Source of the DNA: an uncultured delta proteobacterium
Lineage (GTDB): Bacteria > Myxococcota_A > Polyangia > Polyangiales > Polyangiaceae
Assembly: GCA_963806225.1 (NCBI GenBank)
Contig: CAWDXG010000001.1
Location: 1,056,001-1,120,000 of the forward strand
Reading direction: 5' to 3'
Length of the DNA stretch: 64,000 nt
In this document: positions 40,440 to 51,454 of the stretch, one piece after another
Position numbering within the stretch: position 1 is the first letter of the stretch
Layout of the letters: each line of letters opens with the position of its first letter
Made by a program: the position numbers and the translations under genes
The notes under the pieces: model-generated
The model's input: the letters and a program-made list of their open reading frames with translations, nothing else
Told to the model about the DNA's origin: nothing
The model's database searches: none

Positions 40440-42257
40440 ATGCGTATCGCACTTCTGTATCCACCGCCGTGGAAGATCCCGGCGAAGGGCGAGCCTGCCG
40501 ACCAGAAGGGGGACGGTCCGCCGCGCGACTACCGGGAGGGCGATCTGGATGCCGACTTCCACCAGACGCCCTATGGCCTGTACTCGCTCGGCGCCCAGGC
40601 GCTGGCGGCCGGGCACCAGGTCAAGCTCTTCAACCTGTCGGGCTTCGCCTGGTCGCGCGTCGAGGAGATCATCCAGGCGCTGGACGCCGACCTGTTCGGC
40701 ATGTCGTGCTGGACGGCGAACCGCCGCGGCGTCGGCCTGGTGGCCGATCTGATCCGCAGCCGGCACCCCGGCGCGCACATTGTCATCGGCGGGCCGCACG
40801 CCACGCCGCTCGCCCGCGAGATGCTCCAGCACCACGCGGCCCTCGACACCGTCGTTACCGGCGAAGGCGAGCTCACGTTCATGGAGCTGGTCGACCGGCT
40901 CGAGAGCGGACAGCCGGCGACGGGCATCCCCGGCACCTTCTACCGCGAAGGCGGACGCGTGCTGGAGGCTGCGCCGCGCGCGTCGATTCCGGATCTGGAC
41001 TCGCTGGTCTCGCCGCACCGCTACTACCGCACGCACATCGTGATGACGTCGCGGGGCTGCCCCTGGCAGTGCACGTTCTGCGGGGCCGACACCACCTGGG
41101 GCCGGGGCTTCCGCGGCCGCTCGGTGCCGAAGGTGCTCGACGATCTCGAGCTCGCGCTCGACAAGGTTCCCGTCCGGATGCTCCAGATCAAGGACGACAC
41201 CTTCACGACCAACAAGAAGCGCGTCCTCGAGCTGTGCCGCGGCATCCGCGAGCGCGGGCTCCAGTTCCTGTGGAGCTGCGACACGCGCGTGGACGTGCTG
41301 AGCGAGGAGCTGCTCCGCGAGATGCGCCTGGCCGGGTGCCAGCGGCTGAGCCTGGGCGTCGAGTCCGGCTCGCCGGCGATCCTCTCGGCCATCAACAAGA
41401 AGATCACGCCGGACAAGATCATCCAGAGCACCGAGATGGCGAAGAAATTCGGCATCCAGGTGCGCTACTACATGATGCTGGGAAACCGCGGCGAGACGGC
41501 GGAAACTTTCCACGAGACGCTCGAATTTTTGCAGCGCGCCAAGCCGCACCAGTACCTGTTCTCCTGCCTCAGCATCTACCCCGGCACCGTCGACTTCCAC
41601 GATGCCGAGAAGCAGGGCTGGCTGGACCGGAAAAGGTACTTCACCGGTGACTTCCAGGAGCTGAAGACGCCCTTCGATGCTTCCGACGCGGACGCGCGGA
41701 TGATGGACAAGTGGTTCTCGGAGAACTCGGGGCTCCAGGACTTCTACCGGGAAGGAACGGACGAGTGCCGCGCCATCCTCGAGCGGCTCGGCGACCACCA
41801 CGCGGCCCACATGGACCTGGCCGGCGCGTACTATCGCGACGGCCAGCTCGACAAGGCGGAGGAACACGCGCGCCGTGCGCTCGAGCTCGGCTATCCACTG
41901 CCCGGGCTCGCGCTCGACTACCTCGCGTGCATCGCGTTCGCCCGCGGCGATATCCAGGGCATGCAGGACCACTTCATGCGCGCCGCGAAGACGGATCCGC
42001 AACACGCCGTGTTGATCGAGAACGTGCAGGCCGCACGCAGGTGGTTTGCCGACAAGGGGCCCGAGCGCGGCCTGCCGCTGCGTCTCGTCGCGCGTCACGA
42101 TTTCCTGCTTCTCGAGCGCACGGAGCAGCCGTCGCTGCCCGGCGCTCTTCCGGACGACTTCGCCGAGTGGGCGCCGGCTCAGCCGCTCTCCGACAACGCC
42201 GACAGCCAGTCGTCGGCCCAGCCGCGCACGCGCTTGAAGGTCGTCTCGTCGCCGTAG
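40440..42257 (+). CDS. B12-binding radical SAM protein with C-terminal TPR
   Basis: IGGPHAT, SRGCPWQCTFC, GVESGS; TPR-like helices. Confidence 0.9.
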   Translation: MRIALLYPPPWKIPAKGEPADQKGDGPPRDYREGDLDADFHQTPYGLYSLGAQALAAGHQVKLFNLSGFAWSRVEEIIQALDADLFGMSCWTANRRGVGLVADLIRSRHPGAHIVIGGPHATPLAREMLQHHAALDTVVTGEGELTFMELVDRLESGQPATGIPGTFYREGGRVLEAAPRASIPDLDSLVSPHRYYRTHIVMTSRGCPWQCTFCGADTTWGRGFRGRSVPKVLDDLELALDKVPVRMLQIKDDTFTTNKKRVLELCRGIRERGLQFLWSCDTRVDVLSEELLREMRLAGCQRLSLGVESGSPAILSAINKKITPDKIIQSTEMAKKFGIQVRYYMMLGNRGETAETFHETLEFLQRAKPHQYLFSCLSIYPGTVDFHDAEKQGWLDRKRYFTGDFQELKTPFDASDADARMMDKWFSENSGLQDFYREGTDECRAILERLGDHHAAHMDLAGAYYRDGQLDKAEEHARRALELGYPLPGLALDYLACIAFARGDIQGMQDHFMRAAKTDPQHAVLIENVQAARRWFADKGPERGLPLRLVARHDFLLLERTEQPSLPGALPDDFAEWAPAQPLSDNADSQSSAQPRTRLKVVSSP

Positions 42258-42856
42258 GCCAGCGCCTGCCACAGTGCGCGGGTGACGTTGGCCACGGCCG
42301 TGGCGTTGTCCGAGTGCGTGAGCTCTTCCAGCGCCATCGCGATCTGCTCGGTCTGCGCCAGCGAGTCCATGAGCAGCTTCCTCGGCGGCGCGGCCAGCGA
42401 CATGCTCGTCCACACTTCCCAGTCGTCGGAGAGCTCGTCCGCGGTCGGTTCGCCCAGGCCGAGCTTGGCGCAGAGGTTCGCCAGGTACTCCCACTTCGGC
42501 GTGGGCTCGCCTGGCTGGTAGTCGTCGCCCGAGCTCCGCCACAGCTCGACCGCGGTCTTGAAGGCGTCCTCGTCGAGCTTGTCGGCGCTGCTGGAGCGGT
42601 TGCCGAAGGCGGCGAGCTGGACGGCGATGGAGTCGCCCCGCACCGCGTCGTTCACGCTCTGCGAAAGCCACATGCGCTCGGCGCGCCCGGGCTTCCAGCC
42701 GAGCAGAGTGACCCACAACCGATCCGACCCCGCCGTCTTGAAGCGCTCGGCGGCCGTCCGGCGGCGCTGCTCGTCGCGGTTGGGCGGGCGCGGCGCGCCC
42801 TTCTTCTGCGCGCCGCGCGACTGCTGGGCGCGTCTCAGCTTGCGATTCGAGGACAC
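42179..42856 (-). CDS. Hypothetical protein
   Basis: 225-aa protein-like ORF, convergent overlap with the radical SAM gene. Confidence 0.6.
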   Translation of the reverse strand: MSSNRKLRRAQQSRGAQKKGAPRPPNRDEQRRRTAAERFKTAGSDRLWVTLLGWKPGRAERMWLSQSVNDAVRGDSIAVQLAAFGNRSSSADKLDEDAFKTAVELWRSSGDDYQPGEPTPKWEYLANLCAKLGLGEPTADELSDDWEVWTSMSLAAPPRKLLMDSLAQTEQIAMALEELTHSDNATAVANVTRALWQALAYGDETTFKRVRGWADDWLSALSESG

Positions 42857-43014
42857 ATCGACTCCATCCGCCCCGGGGGCGGGGCCGGCGCATCATAGCC
42901 CAGCTGCGCGACTTCGGTGCGCCATCGCGGCCGCAGCGGACTTCCAGGCGCGGCGTGCCGGGAGCTACTGACAGCCCACGGGTGCCGCGACTGCGCGGCG
43001 GTCGAGTCGAGCCT

Positions 43015-43653
43015 ATGGCGTTCAAGCGCGTTCCGCCGCTTGGCCAGGTGCCGGCAGCGGGCTATGACCCCGCCATGGTTCGCATGCGCGGCATGGCGTT
43101 TCTGGGCACCGCCCGATTCGTCAAGCACACCTACGGCGAGGAGATGCTGCAGCAGATCGTCGCCGATGCCGGCCCAGCGGCGCAGAAGACGTTTTCCAAG
43201 CGCATCGACGGTCTCGGGCTGCACCCGTACCAGGCCTTCGTCGGCTTTCTGCACAGCGCCGACCGGCACCTGGGCAGCGGCGACATGTCGTTCTGCCGCA
43301 CCATCGGAGATATGGCAGCGCGGTTGGATCTCGAGACGATTTTCCGCGTCTACGCCGTGCGACCCGAGCCCGAAAAGATGATCGAGGCGTGTACACCGAT
43401 CTGGGGGATGTACACCGACGGCGGCGGGTACATGGAAGCGATCGACGTCAGCCCGGAGCGCACGGTGCTCCGCATCACGGAGTTCCCCGACATGGATCCC
43501 GCGCACTGCCGGCTGATGGAGGGCTGGATGATCGCCGCCATGGACGCGATCGGCGCTCGCATCCTGCCGGGCGCGTGCGAGTCCGAGTGCACGAGCACCG
43601 GTGGGCGCTACCACGAGTTTTCGTGTCAGTGGGAGCGCAAGACGCCAAAGTAG
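43015..43653 (+). CDS. DUF2378/V4R-like myxobacterial protein
   Basis: GWMIAAMDAIG...ECTSTGGRYHEFSCQW C-terminus. Confidence 0.6.
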   Translation: MAFKRVPPLGQVPAAGYDPAMVRMRGMAFLGTARFVKHTYGEEMLQQIVADAGPAAQKTFSKRIDGLGLHPYQAFVGFLHSADRHLGSGDMSFCRTIGDMAARLDLETIFRVYAVRPEPEKMIEACTPIWGMYTDGGGYMEAIDVSPERTVLRITEFPDMDPAHCRLMEGWMIAAMDAIGARILPGACESECTSTGGRYHEFSCQWERKTPK

Positions 43654-43656
43654 CGG

Positions 43657-44355
43657 CTACAGCCAGCCCGCCGCGATCAACAGCGACACGCCGCGTGCGG
43701 TGGTGCGGCCCTCCTTGCTCGAGAGGCGCGTTTCCCAGGCGTCGAGCACCGGGCCGACCTGGAAACCCATCCTGGCGCGCCAGTCGTAGCCGACACCGGC
43801 GTGCGCCAGCACGCCCGACATGTCGTCGGCGTGGACCACGATGGTCCTGGGCGACAGAACGGCGTCTTCTTCGCTCGCATACTCGGTGCGCGCGTAGCCC
43901 GCGCCGAAGTCGACGTGCACCGGACCGCGGGGGAACGGGTAGTACTGCACGAGGCCGCCGAGGCTCTGCAGCGACAGATAGCTCAATGTCGTGTGGGGGA
44001 GCTTGGCGCTCCCGGTCATCTGCAGGATGGCGCGCCCTTCGAGGGCAATGGCCAGCCCGTCGAGCGGGGCCCAGCCGGCGGCGAGGTCTACATCGGCGCC
44101 AGCGCCGTTGAACCCGGCCTCGTACACGTACTTGCTGGCCGTTCCGCCGACCGCGCTCGAGGCCGAATAGCTGACCTTGCCGCTCATCACGTCCGGCCCG
44201 ATCCCGGCGCGCAGATACAGGCCCTTGCGTGGCCCGGCACTCTTCGGCGGGGCTGCCGACGCGACGCGGGGGATTGCGCACAGAGCCGTCGCGAAGAAAA
44301 CGGCGAGCGTGACGGGGAGGGGGAGCGAAAGCTTCGGGTGGGGGGTGGGCGGCAA
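43657..44355 (-). CDS. Outer-membrane beta-barrel-like hypothetical protein
   Basis: Signal peptide, GLYLRAGIG, amphipathic strands, terminal aromatic. Confidence 0.6.
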   Translation of the reverse strand: MPPTPHPKLSLPLPVTLAVFFATALCAIPRVASAAPPKSAGPRKGLYLRAGIGPDVMSGKVSYSASSAVGGTASKYVYEAGFNGAGADVDLAAGWAPLDGLAIALEGRAILQMTGSAKLPHTTLSYLSLQSLGGLVQYYPFPRGPVHVDFGAGYARTEYASEEDAVLSPRTIVVHADDMSGVLAHAGVGYDWRARMGFQVGPVLDAWETRLSSKEGRTTARGVSLLIAAGWL

Positions 44356-44521
44356 GCTGCAGTCTCCAGGCCGCTACGCTACCACGGACCGGCGCCCGCG
44401 AGCCGTTGGCGTGCGCCTGACTCCGGTGTCGCGACGCTGGCACGTTGGCACAGCTTGTTGGCGGGCAACCGCGGGTGGCGATGCAAGGTGGTGCCGGCAC
44501 GGCTGTTGCTATCGCCCGGGC

Positions 44522-45460
44522 ATGCGACCCCTCGACCGGACTCTCCTGGCTTCCTGTGTGGCCTTCGCCCTCGCCCTCGCCGGATGCGGCGGATCCGTCA
44601 CCGGTCTGGACGGAGCCGCCGGCAGCGGCGGCTCCGCGACCGGCGGCAGCGGCGGCTCCGCGACCGGCGGCAGCGGCGGCTCCGCGACCGGCGGCAGCGG
44701 CGGCTCCGCGACGGGCGGCAGCGGCGGTTCGACGGGCGGCAGCGGCGGCAGCGCCGGCGCGGGAGGAGCCCCGGCGGCCTGCGCGCAGACCCACGACTCG
44801 ATCGGCTTCCAGGTCGAGACCTACGACGGAAGCGCCCTCGGCTGCGGCGTGAAGGGCGGCACCGGTACGCGCTCGATCACCGGCGTGGTCATGGACTCCA
44901 AGCCGGACATGTTCTCGCTCGACTCGTGTCCGCCCAACGCCGACTGCATAGCGCCCATGCAGACGACGATCCGGCTGGTCGAGGCGCCCGCCGGTTTCGC
45001 CATGAGTGTGCCGGCCGGCGCTTTCGTCAAGGTCGACTACGAAGTGCAGCAGCCCTGGGGCTGCGAGCAGCGCATCCTGGTCAAGAATGTGCCGAGCTGG
45101 GGCGGGATGCCGAACCCGATCTCGCCCGACCCGGCGCTGTGGCTCGCAGCCAGCGACGGGAGCGTCGAGCCGCTCGACGGCGCTGGCTTCAAGGTGCAGA
45201 AAAAGGCGCTCGGCTGTCCCGGCTCCAGCCCTGGCTGCGGCGGGGACCCGGCAGACAGCTACCTGCTCGTGTTCAATGCAGGCTCGGGATCGAAGCCCGT
45301 GGCCATGGGCCACAGCATCACGATGATGCATCACGGCGCCGGCTTCGACGAACAGTGGACCGCCAGAAACCTCCGCAGCTACATCAGCGGCGCCTGCGAC
45401 GACTACTGGAACTGGGCCTGGGTGATTTCGGGAACGGAGTTCATGCCGCTCGGCGATTGA
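44522..45460 (+). CDS. Lipoprotein with GGSATGGS repeats
   Basis: Lipobox LAGC; 24-nt tandem repeat ~44620-44750; sigma54-like site 44495-44510. Confidence 0.75.
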   Translation: MRPLDRTLLASCVAFALALAGCGGSVTGLDGAAGSGGSATGGSGGSATGGSGGSATGGSGGSATGGSGGSTGGSGGSAGAGGAPAACAQTHDSIGFQVETYDGSALGCGVKGGTGTRSITGVVMDSKPDMFSLDSCPPNADCIAPMQTTIRLVEAPAGFAMSVPAGAFVKVDYEVQQPWGCEQRILVKNVPSWGGMPNPISPDPALWLAASDGSVEPLDGAGFKVQKKALGCPGSSPGCGGDPADSYLLVFNAGSGSKPVAMGHSITMMHHGAGFDEQWTARNLRSYISGACDDYWNWAWVISGTEFMPLGD

Positions 45461-45508
45461 GCCAATATTGGGATTTCTACGAGCGCCGGGGCGCGGCATG
45501 CTCCCGCC

Positions 45509-48500
45509 ATGCTGATCCTGCCGGGGGCCGCCGCGTTCTCCGTGGCCCGCCTCGAAAAGCGGCTGTCCGCCATCCGGGCGGAAAACCCCAGTGTGCAGCG
45601 TGCCGCTGCGCGCTTCGTGCACTTCGCCGAGGTCGACGGCGTGCTCGATGCGGAGCAGCGCGGGCGGCTCGACCGCCTGCTGGACTACGGCAGGCCGTTC
45701 GAGCCACCGGGATTCGACGGGCGGCGGCGACTCGTGGTTCCGCGCATCGGCACGCGTTCGCCCTGGTCGAGCAAGGCGACCGACATTGCAGTGGGCTGCG
45801 GGCTCGGAGCCGTACGGCGGCTGGAGCGCGGCGTGCTCTGGATGCTCGAGGGAGGGATCTCCGACGAAGCCGCGCTCGGCCGCGCGCTCTCCGATCGCAT
45901 GACCGAGACCGTGCTCCAGAGCGAGGAGCAGGCGGCCGCGCTGTTCTCGCATGCCGAGCCCCGGCCGCTCGCGAGCATCGACGCGCTGGGCGCCGGGCGC
46001 GCGGCGATCGAGCGCGCCAACCTGGAGCTGGGCCTGGCGCTCGCGCCGGACGAAATCGACTATCTGCTCGACGCGTTCCGCGAGCTCGGCCGCAATCCGA
46101 CCGACGTCGAGCTGATGATGTTCGCGCAGGCGAACAGCGAGCACTGCCGCCACAAGATCTTCAACGCGGATTTCGTGCTCGACGGCCGGCCGGAACCCGA
46201 CTCGCTCTTCGCCATGATCAGGAAGAGCACCGAGGCGAGCCCGGCCGGCGTGCTCAGCGCCTATCACGACAACGCGGCGGTGATGGAGGGCACGAGCGCC
46301 GGGCGTTTCTTCCCGGATCCGGAGACGGGGAGCTACGGCTACCACGCCGAGCCTGTCCACATCCTGATGAAGGTGGAGACACACAACCATCCGACGGCCA
46401 TCTCCCCACATCCGGGCGCCTCCACGGGTTCGGGCGGGGAGATCCGGGACGAGGGCGCCACCGGGCGCGGCTCGAAACCCAAGGCGGGGCTGGTCGGCTT
46501 CTCGGTCTCGAACCTGCGCCTGCCCGGCGCGGTGCAGCCGTGGGAGGTCGACCACGGCAAGCCCGATCGCATCGCCTCGGCGCTCGACATCATGCTCGAG
46601 GGCCCGATCGGCGGCGCCGCCTTCAACAACGAGTTCGGGCGCCCCGCGCTCGCCGGCTACTTCCGCAGCTACGAGCAGGAGGTGCCGGGCGCAGAGGGCC
46701 GGGAGGTCCGCGGCTACCACAAGCCGATCATGATCGCCGGCGGGCTCGGCAACATCCGCGCCGAGCACGTCGACAAGCAGCCGATCCCCGTCGGGGCGGC
46801 GATCGTGGTGCTGGGCGGTCCGGCGATGCTCATCGGCCTCGGCGGCGGCGCGGCGTCGAGCATGGCGAGCGGCGCCTCGCACGAGGATCTCGATTTCGCC
46901 TCGGTGCAGCGCGACAACCCCGAGATGCAGCGCCGCTGCCAGGAGGTCATCGACCGCTGCTGGGCGCTCGGTGAAGAAAACCCCATCGTGAGCATCCACG
47001 ACGTGGGCGCCGGCGGTCTGTCCAACGCGCTGCCCGAGCTGGTCCACGGCGGCGGGCGCGGCGCGCGCTTCGAGCTCCGGCGCGTGCCCAACGACGAGCC
47101 CGGCATGTCGCCGCTCGAGATCTGGTGCAACGAGGCGCAGGAGCGCTACGTGCTGGCCATCGGCGCCGCGGGGCTCGGCCGCTTCGAGGCGATCTGCGCG
47201 CGCGAGCGCTGCCCGTACGCCGTGGTCGGGCACGCGACCGCCGACGACCAGCTGGTGGTCGACGACGAGCACTTCGGAAACCGCCCCATCGACATGCCGC
47301 TCGGCGTGCTGCTCGGCAAGCCGCCGCGCATGCGCCGCGAAGGTCGCGCACGTCTCTCCGGAGCAGGAGCGCTTCGAAGTCGCGGCTCTGGACCTGGCCG
47401 AAGCGACGCGCCGGGTGCTGCGCTGCCCACCGTGGCGGACAAGACGTTCCTGGTCACGATCGGCGATCGCAGCGTGACGGGTCTGGTCGCGCGCGACCAG
47501 ATGGTCGGACGCTTCCAGGTGCCGGTCGCCGACGCGGCGCTGACGCTGGCGAGCTACGACGTGGTCAGCGGCGAGGCGATGGCCATGGGCGAGCGCACGC
47601 CCGTTGCGGTGCTCGACGCCGCGGCGTCCGCGCGCCTGGCCGTCGCCGAGGCCATCACGAACATCGCCTCGGCGCCCATCGCGGAGCTGTCGAAGGTGAA
47701 GCTCAGCGCGAACTGGATGGCCGCCGCGGGCCATCCGGGCGAGGACGCGAGGCTCTACGACGCCGTGCGGGCCGTCGGCGCGGAGCTCTGCCCGGCGCTC
47801 GGCATCGCCATCCCCGTCGGCAAGGACTCGATGAGCATGCGCACGGTGTGGGACGAGGCCGGGCAGGCCAGGAGCGTCACTGCGCCGCTGTCGCTCATCG
47901 TGAGCGCGTTCGCACCGGTCGAGGACGTCCGCCGCGCGCTGACTCCCGAGCTGTCGCTGGAAGACGGCGACACCGAGCTCTTGCTCGTCGATCTCGGCCG
48001 CGGGCAGCACCGCCTCGGCGCGAGCTGCCTTTCGCAGGTCTACGGCAAGCTCGGCGACGCGCCGCCGGATCTCGACGATCCGGCGCTGCTCGCGCGGCTT
48101 CTTCGCCGCGGTGCAGTTGCTGGGCCGCGAGCGACGGCTGCTCGCGTATCACGATCGCTCCGACGGGGGCCTTCTGGTCACGCTGCTGGAGATGGCCTTT
48201 GCGGGCGGCGCCGGGCTCGAGATCGATCTCGGGGCGCTCGCGGGCGAGCGACGCCGCGCTGCTGTTCTCGCGAGGAGCTGGGCGCAGTGCTGCAGGTCCG
48301 CGCCGCCGACGTGACCCGCGCGCGCGAGGTGTTCGCCGCCTGCGGTCTGGGCGACGCCGTGCACGGCATCGGACGGCCCGCAGCAGAAAACCGCGTCGTC
48401 GTCAGTCGTGGCGAGCGCGTGCTGCTCGACGAGGACCGCTTCGAGCTGCGCGGCGTGTGGTCGGCCACCAGCCATCGCATGCAGGCGCTCCGGGACGACC

Positions 48501-49390
48501 CGGCCTGTGCGGACGAGGAGCAGGAGAGCCGCACCGCGCGCGACAAGCCGGGCCTGGTCTGCCGCACGACGTTCGACGTGGACGAGCGCGTGGCTCGGCC
48601 GTTCATCGGCAAAGGCGCGCGCCCGCGCGTCGCGATCCTGCGCGAGCAGGGTGTCAACGGGCAGGTCGAGATGGCAGCGGCGTTCGACCGCGCGGGATTC
48701 GACGCGGTCGACGTGCACATGAGCGATCTGCTCGGCGGCGGGGTGACGCTCGATGGCTTCCGGGGGCTGGTGGCCTGCGGCGGCTTCAGCTACGGCGACG
48801 TGCTGGGCGCCGGCGGCGGCTGGGCGAAGTCCATCCTGTTCAACCCGCAGGCGCGCGAGACGTTCCGTCGCTTCTTCGAGCGGGAGGACAGCTTCACCCT
48901 CGGCGTCTGCAACGGTTGCCAGATGCTGTCGGTGCTGCGCGAGCTGATTCCCGGCGCTGGCGGCTGGCCCCGCTTCGTGCAGAACCGTTCGGAGCAGTTC
49001 GAGGCGCGTCTGTCGCTGGTGCGCGTCGAACCGAGCCCGTCGATCCTGCTCTGTGGCATGGAGGGCTCGGTGCTGCCGATCGTGGTCGCGCACGGCGAAG
49101 GGCGTGCCGATCTCGACTCGGGCCACGCCAGCGAGCTCGAGCGCCAGAACCTCGTCGCCGCACGCTACGTCACCGGCCACGGGTTGCCCACCGAGCACTA
49201 TCCCGAAAACCCCAACGGCTCGCCCCGCGGCATCACCGCGCTCACCACGCCCGACGGCCGCGTGACGATCATGATGCCGCACCCCGAGCGCGTGTTCCGC
49301 GCCGTGCAGTACTCCTGGCGGCCGGGCGAGTGGCGCGAGGACGGGCCCTGGATGCGCCTGTTCGACAACGCGCGCGTCTGGGTCGGGTAG
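45509..49390 (+). CDS. purL: Phosphoribosylformylglycinamidine synthase (large fused type), locally frameshifted
   Basis: [49 protein letters not shown] motif displaced to another frame at 48111-48270. Confidence 0.95.
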   Translation: MLILPGAAAFSVARLEKRLSAIRAENPSVQRAAARFVHFAEVDGVLDAEQRGRLDRLLDYGRPFEPPGFDGRRRLVVPRIGTRSPWSSKATDIAVGCGLGAVRRLERGVLWMLEGGISDEAALGRALSDRMTETVLQSEEQAAALFSHAEPRPLASIDALGAGRAAIERANLELGLALAPDEIDYLLDAFRELGRNPTDVELMMFAQANSEHCRHKIFNADFVLDGRPEPDSLFAMIRKSTEASPAGVLSAYHDNAAVMEGTSAGRFFPDPETGSYGYHAEPVHILMKVETHNHPTAISPHPGASTGSGGEIRDEGATGRGSKPKAGLVGFSVSNLRLPGAVQPWEVDHGKPDRIASALDIMLEGPIGGAAFNNEFGRPALAGYFRSYEQEVPGAEGREVRGYHKPIMIAGGLGNIRAEHVDKQPIPVGAAIVVLGGPAMLIGLGGGAASSMASGASHEDLDFASVQRDNPEMQRRCQEVIDRCWALGEENPIVSIHDVGAGGLSNALPELVHGGGRGARFELRRVPNDEPGMSPLEIWCNEAQERYVLAIGAAGLGRFEAICARERCPYAVVGHATADDQLVVDDEHFGNRPIDMPLGVLLGKPPRMRREGRARLSGAGALRSRGSGPGRSDAPGAALPTVADKTFLVTIGDRSVTGLVARDQMVGRFQVPVADAALTLASYDVVSGEAMAMGERTPVAVLDAAASARLAVAEAITNIASAPIAELSKVKLSANWMAAAGHPGEDARLYDAVRAVGAELCPALGIAIPVGKDSMSMRTVWDEAGQARSVTAPLSLIVSAFAPVEDVRRALTPELSLEDGDTELLLVDLGRGQHRLGASCLSQVYGKLGDAPPDLDDPALLARLLRRGAVAGPRATAARVSRSLRRGPSGHAAGDGLCGRRRARDRSRGARGRATPRCCSREELGAVLQVRAADVTRAREVFAACGLGDAVHGIGRPAAENRVVVSRGERVLLDEDRFELRGVWSATSHRMQALRDDPACADEEQESRTARDKPGLVCRTTFDVDERVARPFIGKGARPRVAILREQGVNGQVEMAAAFDRAGFDAVDVHMSDLLGGGVTLDGFRGLVACGGFSYGDVLGAGGGWAKSILFNPQARETFRRFFEREDSFTLGVCNGCQMLSVLRELIPGAGGWPRFVQNRSEQFEARLSLVRVEPSPSILLCGMEGSVLPIVVAHGEGRADLDSGHASELERQNLVAARYVTGHGLPTEHYPENPNGSPRGITALTTPDGRVTIMMPHPERVFRAVQYSWRPGEWREDGPWMRLFDNARVWVG

Positions 49391-49409
49391 AGCGGTCGAC
49401 GCGGCCTGG

Positions 49410-50228
49410 CTACTGCCCCGGCGCGAGGTGGAAGCTGACGCTGTTGACCTGGTCGAACTGACCGAAAATGTATTCCGACGAGAACTTCTTCAGCTGGAGC
49501 TTCTGCGTGCCGACCAGGTCGTTCGACGTGGTGGGATCGAAGTCGTACACCACCATTGTCATGCCCGAGAGCGATGCGCCGGAGAAGTTGACGGGCGCGC
49601 CCGAGCTCGCGACGGTGCCGTCCCCGGCCGAGTAGCTGCACGACGTTCTGGTTGGAGCAGTAGTTGGTGCAACCGTGCGTGCCCTGTCCGTCGTCGAAAC
49701 AGACCATCGGGTCCGGCAGGTCGCCGGGCAGGTCCCAGCCGTAGCCGTTCTGCTTGGTGGCCTGGATGTCCACGCTGTCGACGACGATGTGGAAGGGCGC
49801 GGCCGGGTCGAGCTGGTCGGTGCAATTGCCGCTGTCGCACGCGATGCCGTACGCACAGGACGTGCACACGCTGCCCTGGGTTCCGCACTTCTGCCACGAC
49901 TGCTGGGCCTGGGCGACGCACGTACTGCCGACGCAGCAGCCGTCGCAGGTGCCGCACGTCGACACCGCGCCGCCCGCACCCGCCGTGCCCGAGCCTGCCG
50001 CGCCGCCGCTGCTCACGCCGGCGGTACCGCCGGCGCCCGCCGTGCTCACGCCGCCGGTCCCGCCGCCGGTCGCGTTGCCGCTACCGCCGCTCCCGGCCGC
50101 CGCGCCGCCGGCCCCGCTGCTCGAGAAGGTGTCCGAGCTGCCGCACGCGCTGGCTGTTGCCAGTGCGAAGGTGGCTGCGACGGCGATTCTCGATATCGAG
50201 CGGGAGCGTGCTGACTTCTGCCATCCCA
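49410..50228 (-). CDS. Gly/Cys-rich lipoprotein (frameshift near 49640)
   Basis: Lipobox ASAC; C-terminus continues in ORF 49410..49979 frame. Confidence 0.65.
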
Positions 50229-50350
50229 TGCGCGGTCTCTCCTCCGGGCGCGAGCCGTCCGCTTCGCAGCGTAGCCGACCCGCCCGCCAGAGTGGAGTGA
50301 TTTCGCGCTGCGTCAAGCCGACAGCATCGAACCATGCTAGCCGGATCGGG

Positions 50351-50653
50351 ATGCTCCCCGCTGCCCGCTCCGCTCTTCTCGCGTCCGTCACCATGCTGCT
50401 TGGATGTGGCGGCACGAAGGCGCCGCCGGCGCAGCCGCCGCCGGCGCAGCAAGCATCCAGCGATGCCCCTTCGGGCGATCCCTGTCACCACGGCGCCACG
50501 ACGGAAGAAGCGCGGCGCTGTCTCGACCGCGCCGAGGCGATGCAGCACTCGGGAGAGTCGGGCGCGGCGCAGTTGGCCGCCAAGGTGTGCGGCGGTCACC
50601 TCGACAAGCACGACTGGGCGCGCTGCTTCAACCTCGGGGTGATGGTGCAGTAG
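50351..50653 (+). CDS. Short lipoprotein, Sel1-like fragment
   Basis: Lipobox LLGC; ends CFNLGVMVQ. Confidence 0.45.
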   Translation: MLPAARSALLASVTMLLGCGGTKAPPAQPPPAQQASSDAPSGDPCHHGATTEEARRCLDRAEAMQHSGESGAAQLAAKVCGGHLDKHDWARCFNLGVMVQ

Positions 50654-50655
50654 TC

Positions 50656-51306
50656 GTGCGAGCCGGGTTCGGACTGTGTGTGCTCGCGATCGCCGTCGGC
50701 GGTTGCACGAAGCGTGTTTCTCCGCTCGGTTCCGGATTCACCGATCGCTTCGATCGACGCAGGATCGGTCCCGACTACAACAACACCGGAGGTCCGTACC
50801 GCATCGACCACGGTGCGCTGACGGTGTCGCGCGCGCACAACCACCCGCTGTGGTTGAAGCGCCATCTGCCGCACGACGTGCAGGTCGATTTCGACGTGAC
50901 GGGCTCTTCGACGGACGGCGACATGAAGGTGGTGCTGTTCGGCGACGGCGAGAGCCACGAGTCGGACGAGGCTGTGCGTCGGGATCTCATCTACACTTCC
51001 AGCGGCTACGTCTTCATCTTCGGCGGCTGGCGGAATTCTCGCTCGGTGCTGGTTCGGCAGAACGAGCACGCCTGGCAGGATGACAAGTCCGTCCCACTCC
51101 GCACACACCCAAAAGTGCAGCCCGGGCACACCTACCATTTCACGATTTCGCGGCGCGGCGCACACCTCGACTGGCGCATCGACGGCCACCCCTTCCTCGC
51201 GTGGGATGACCCCCACCCACTCAGCGGATCCGGACACGATCGCTTCGGATTCACCGGTTGGGAAACGAAGGTCGCGTTCGACAACCTCGTGATCAAGCCG
51301 CTCTGA
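50656..51306 (+). CDS. Lipoprotein with concanavalin-like beta-sandwich
   Basis: Lipobox VGGC; HNHPLWL, FGGWRN, FDNLVI. Confidence 0.7.
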   Translation: MRAGFGLCVLAIAVGGCTKRVSPLGSGFTDRFDRRRIGPDYNNTGGPYRIDHGALTVSRAHNHPLWLKRHLPHDVQVDFDVTGSSTDGDMKVVLFGDGESHESDEAVRRDLIYTSSGYVFIFGGWRNSRSVLVRQNEHAWQDDKSVPLRTHPKVQPGHTYHFTISRRGAHLDWRIDGHPFLAWDDPHPLSGSGHDRFGFTGWETKVAFDNLVIKPL

Positions 51307-51454
51307 GGCGTGTGAGACGCGCACGACGGCGCGCAAGTGCCACACCGTGCACGCAGTGCTTGCGCATGTCGCGCACCGCACCGCGCAATGCATGCACCCG
51401 ACTAGTCTGCTTGCGCGTGCGGCGCGCAAGGCTCGCGCATGTCAACGTGAGGGC

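Noticed and set aside
43475..48010. 1511-aa minus-strand ORF and other long antisense ORFs
   Set aside because: High-GC shadow frames of purL and other real genes
45509..49390. Programmed frameshifting or pseudogenisation in purL and other genes
   Set aside because: Compensating indels in a core gene, plus similar breaks near 2020, 5500, 38625 and 49640, point to long-read errors
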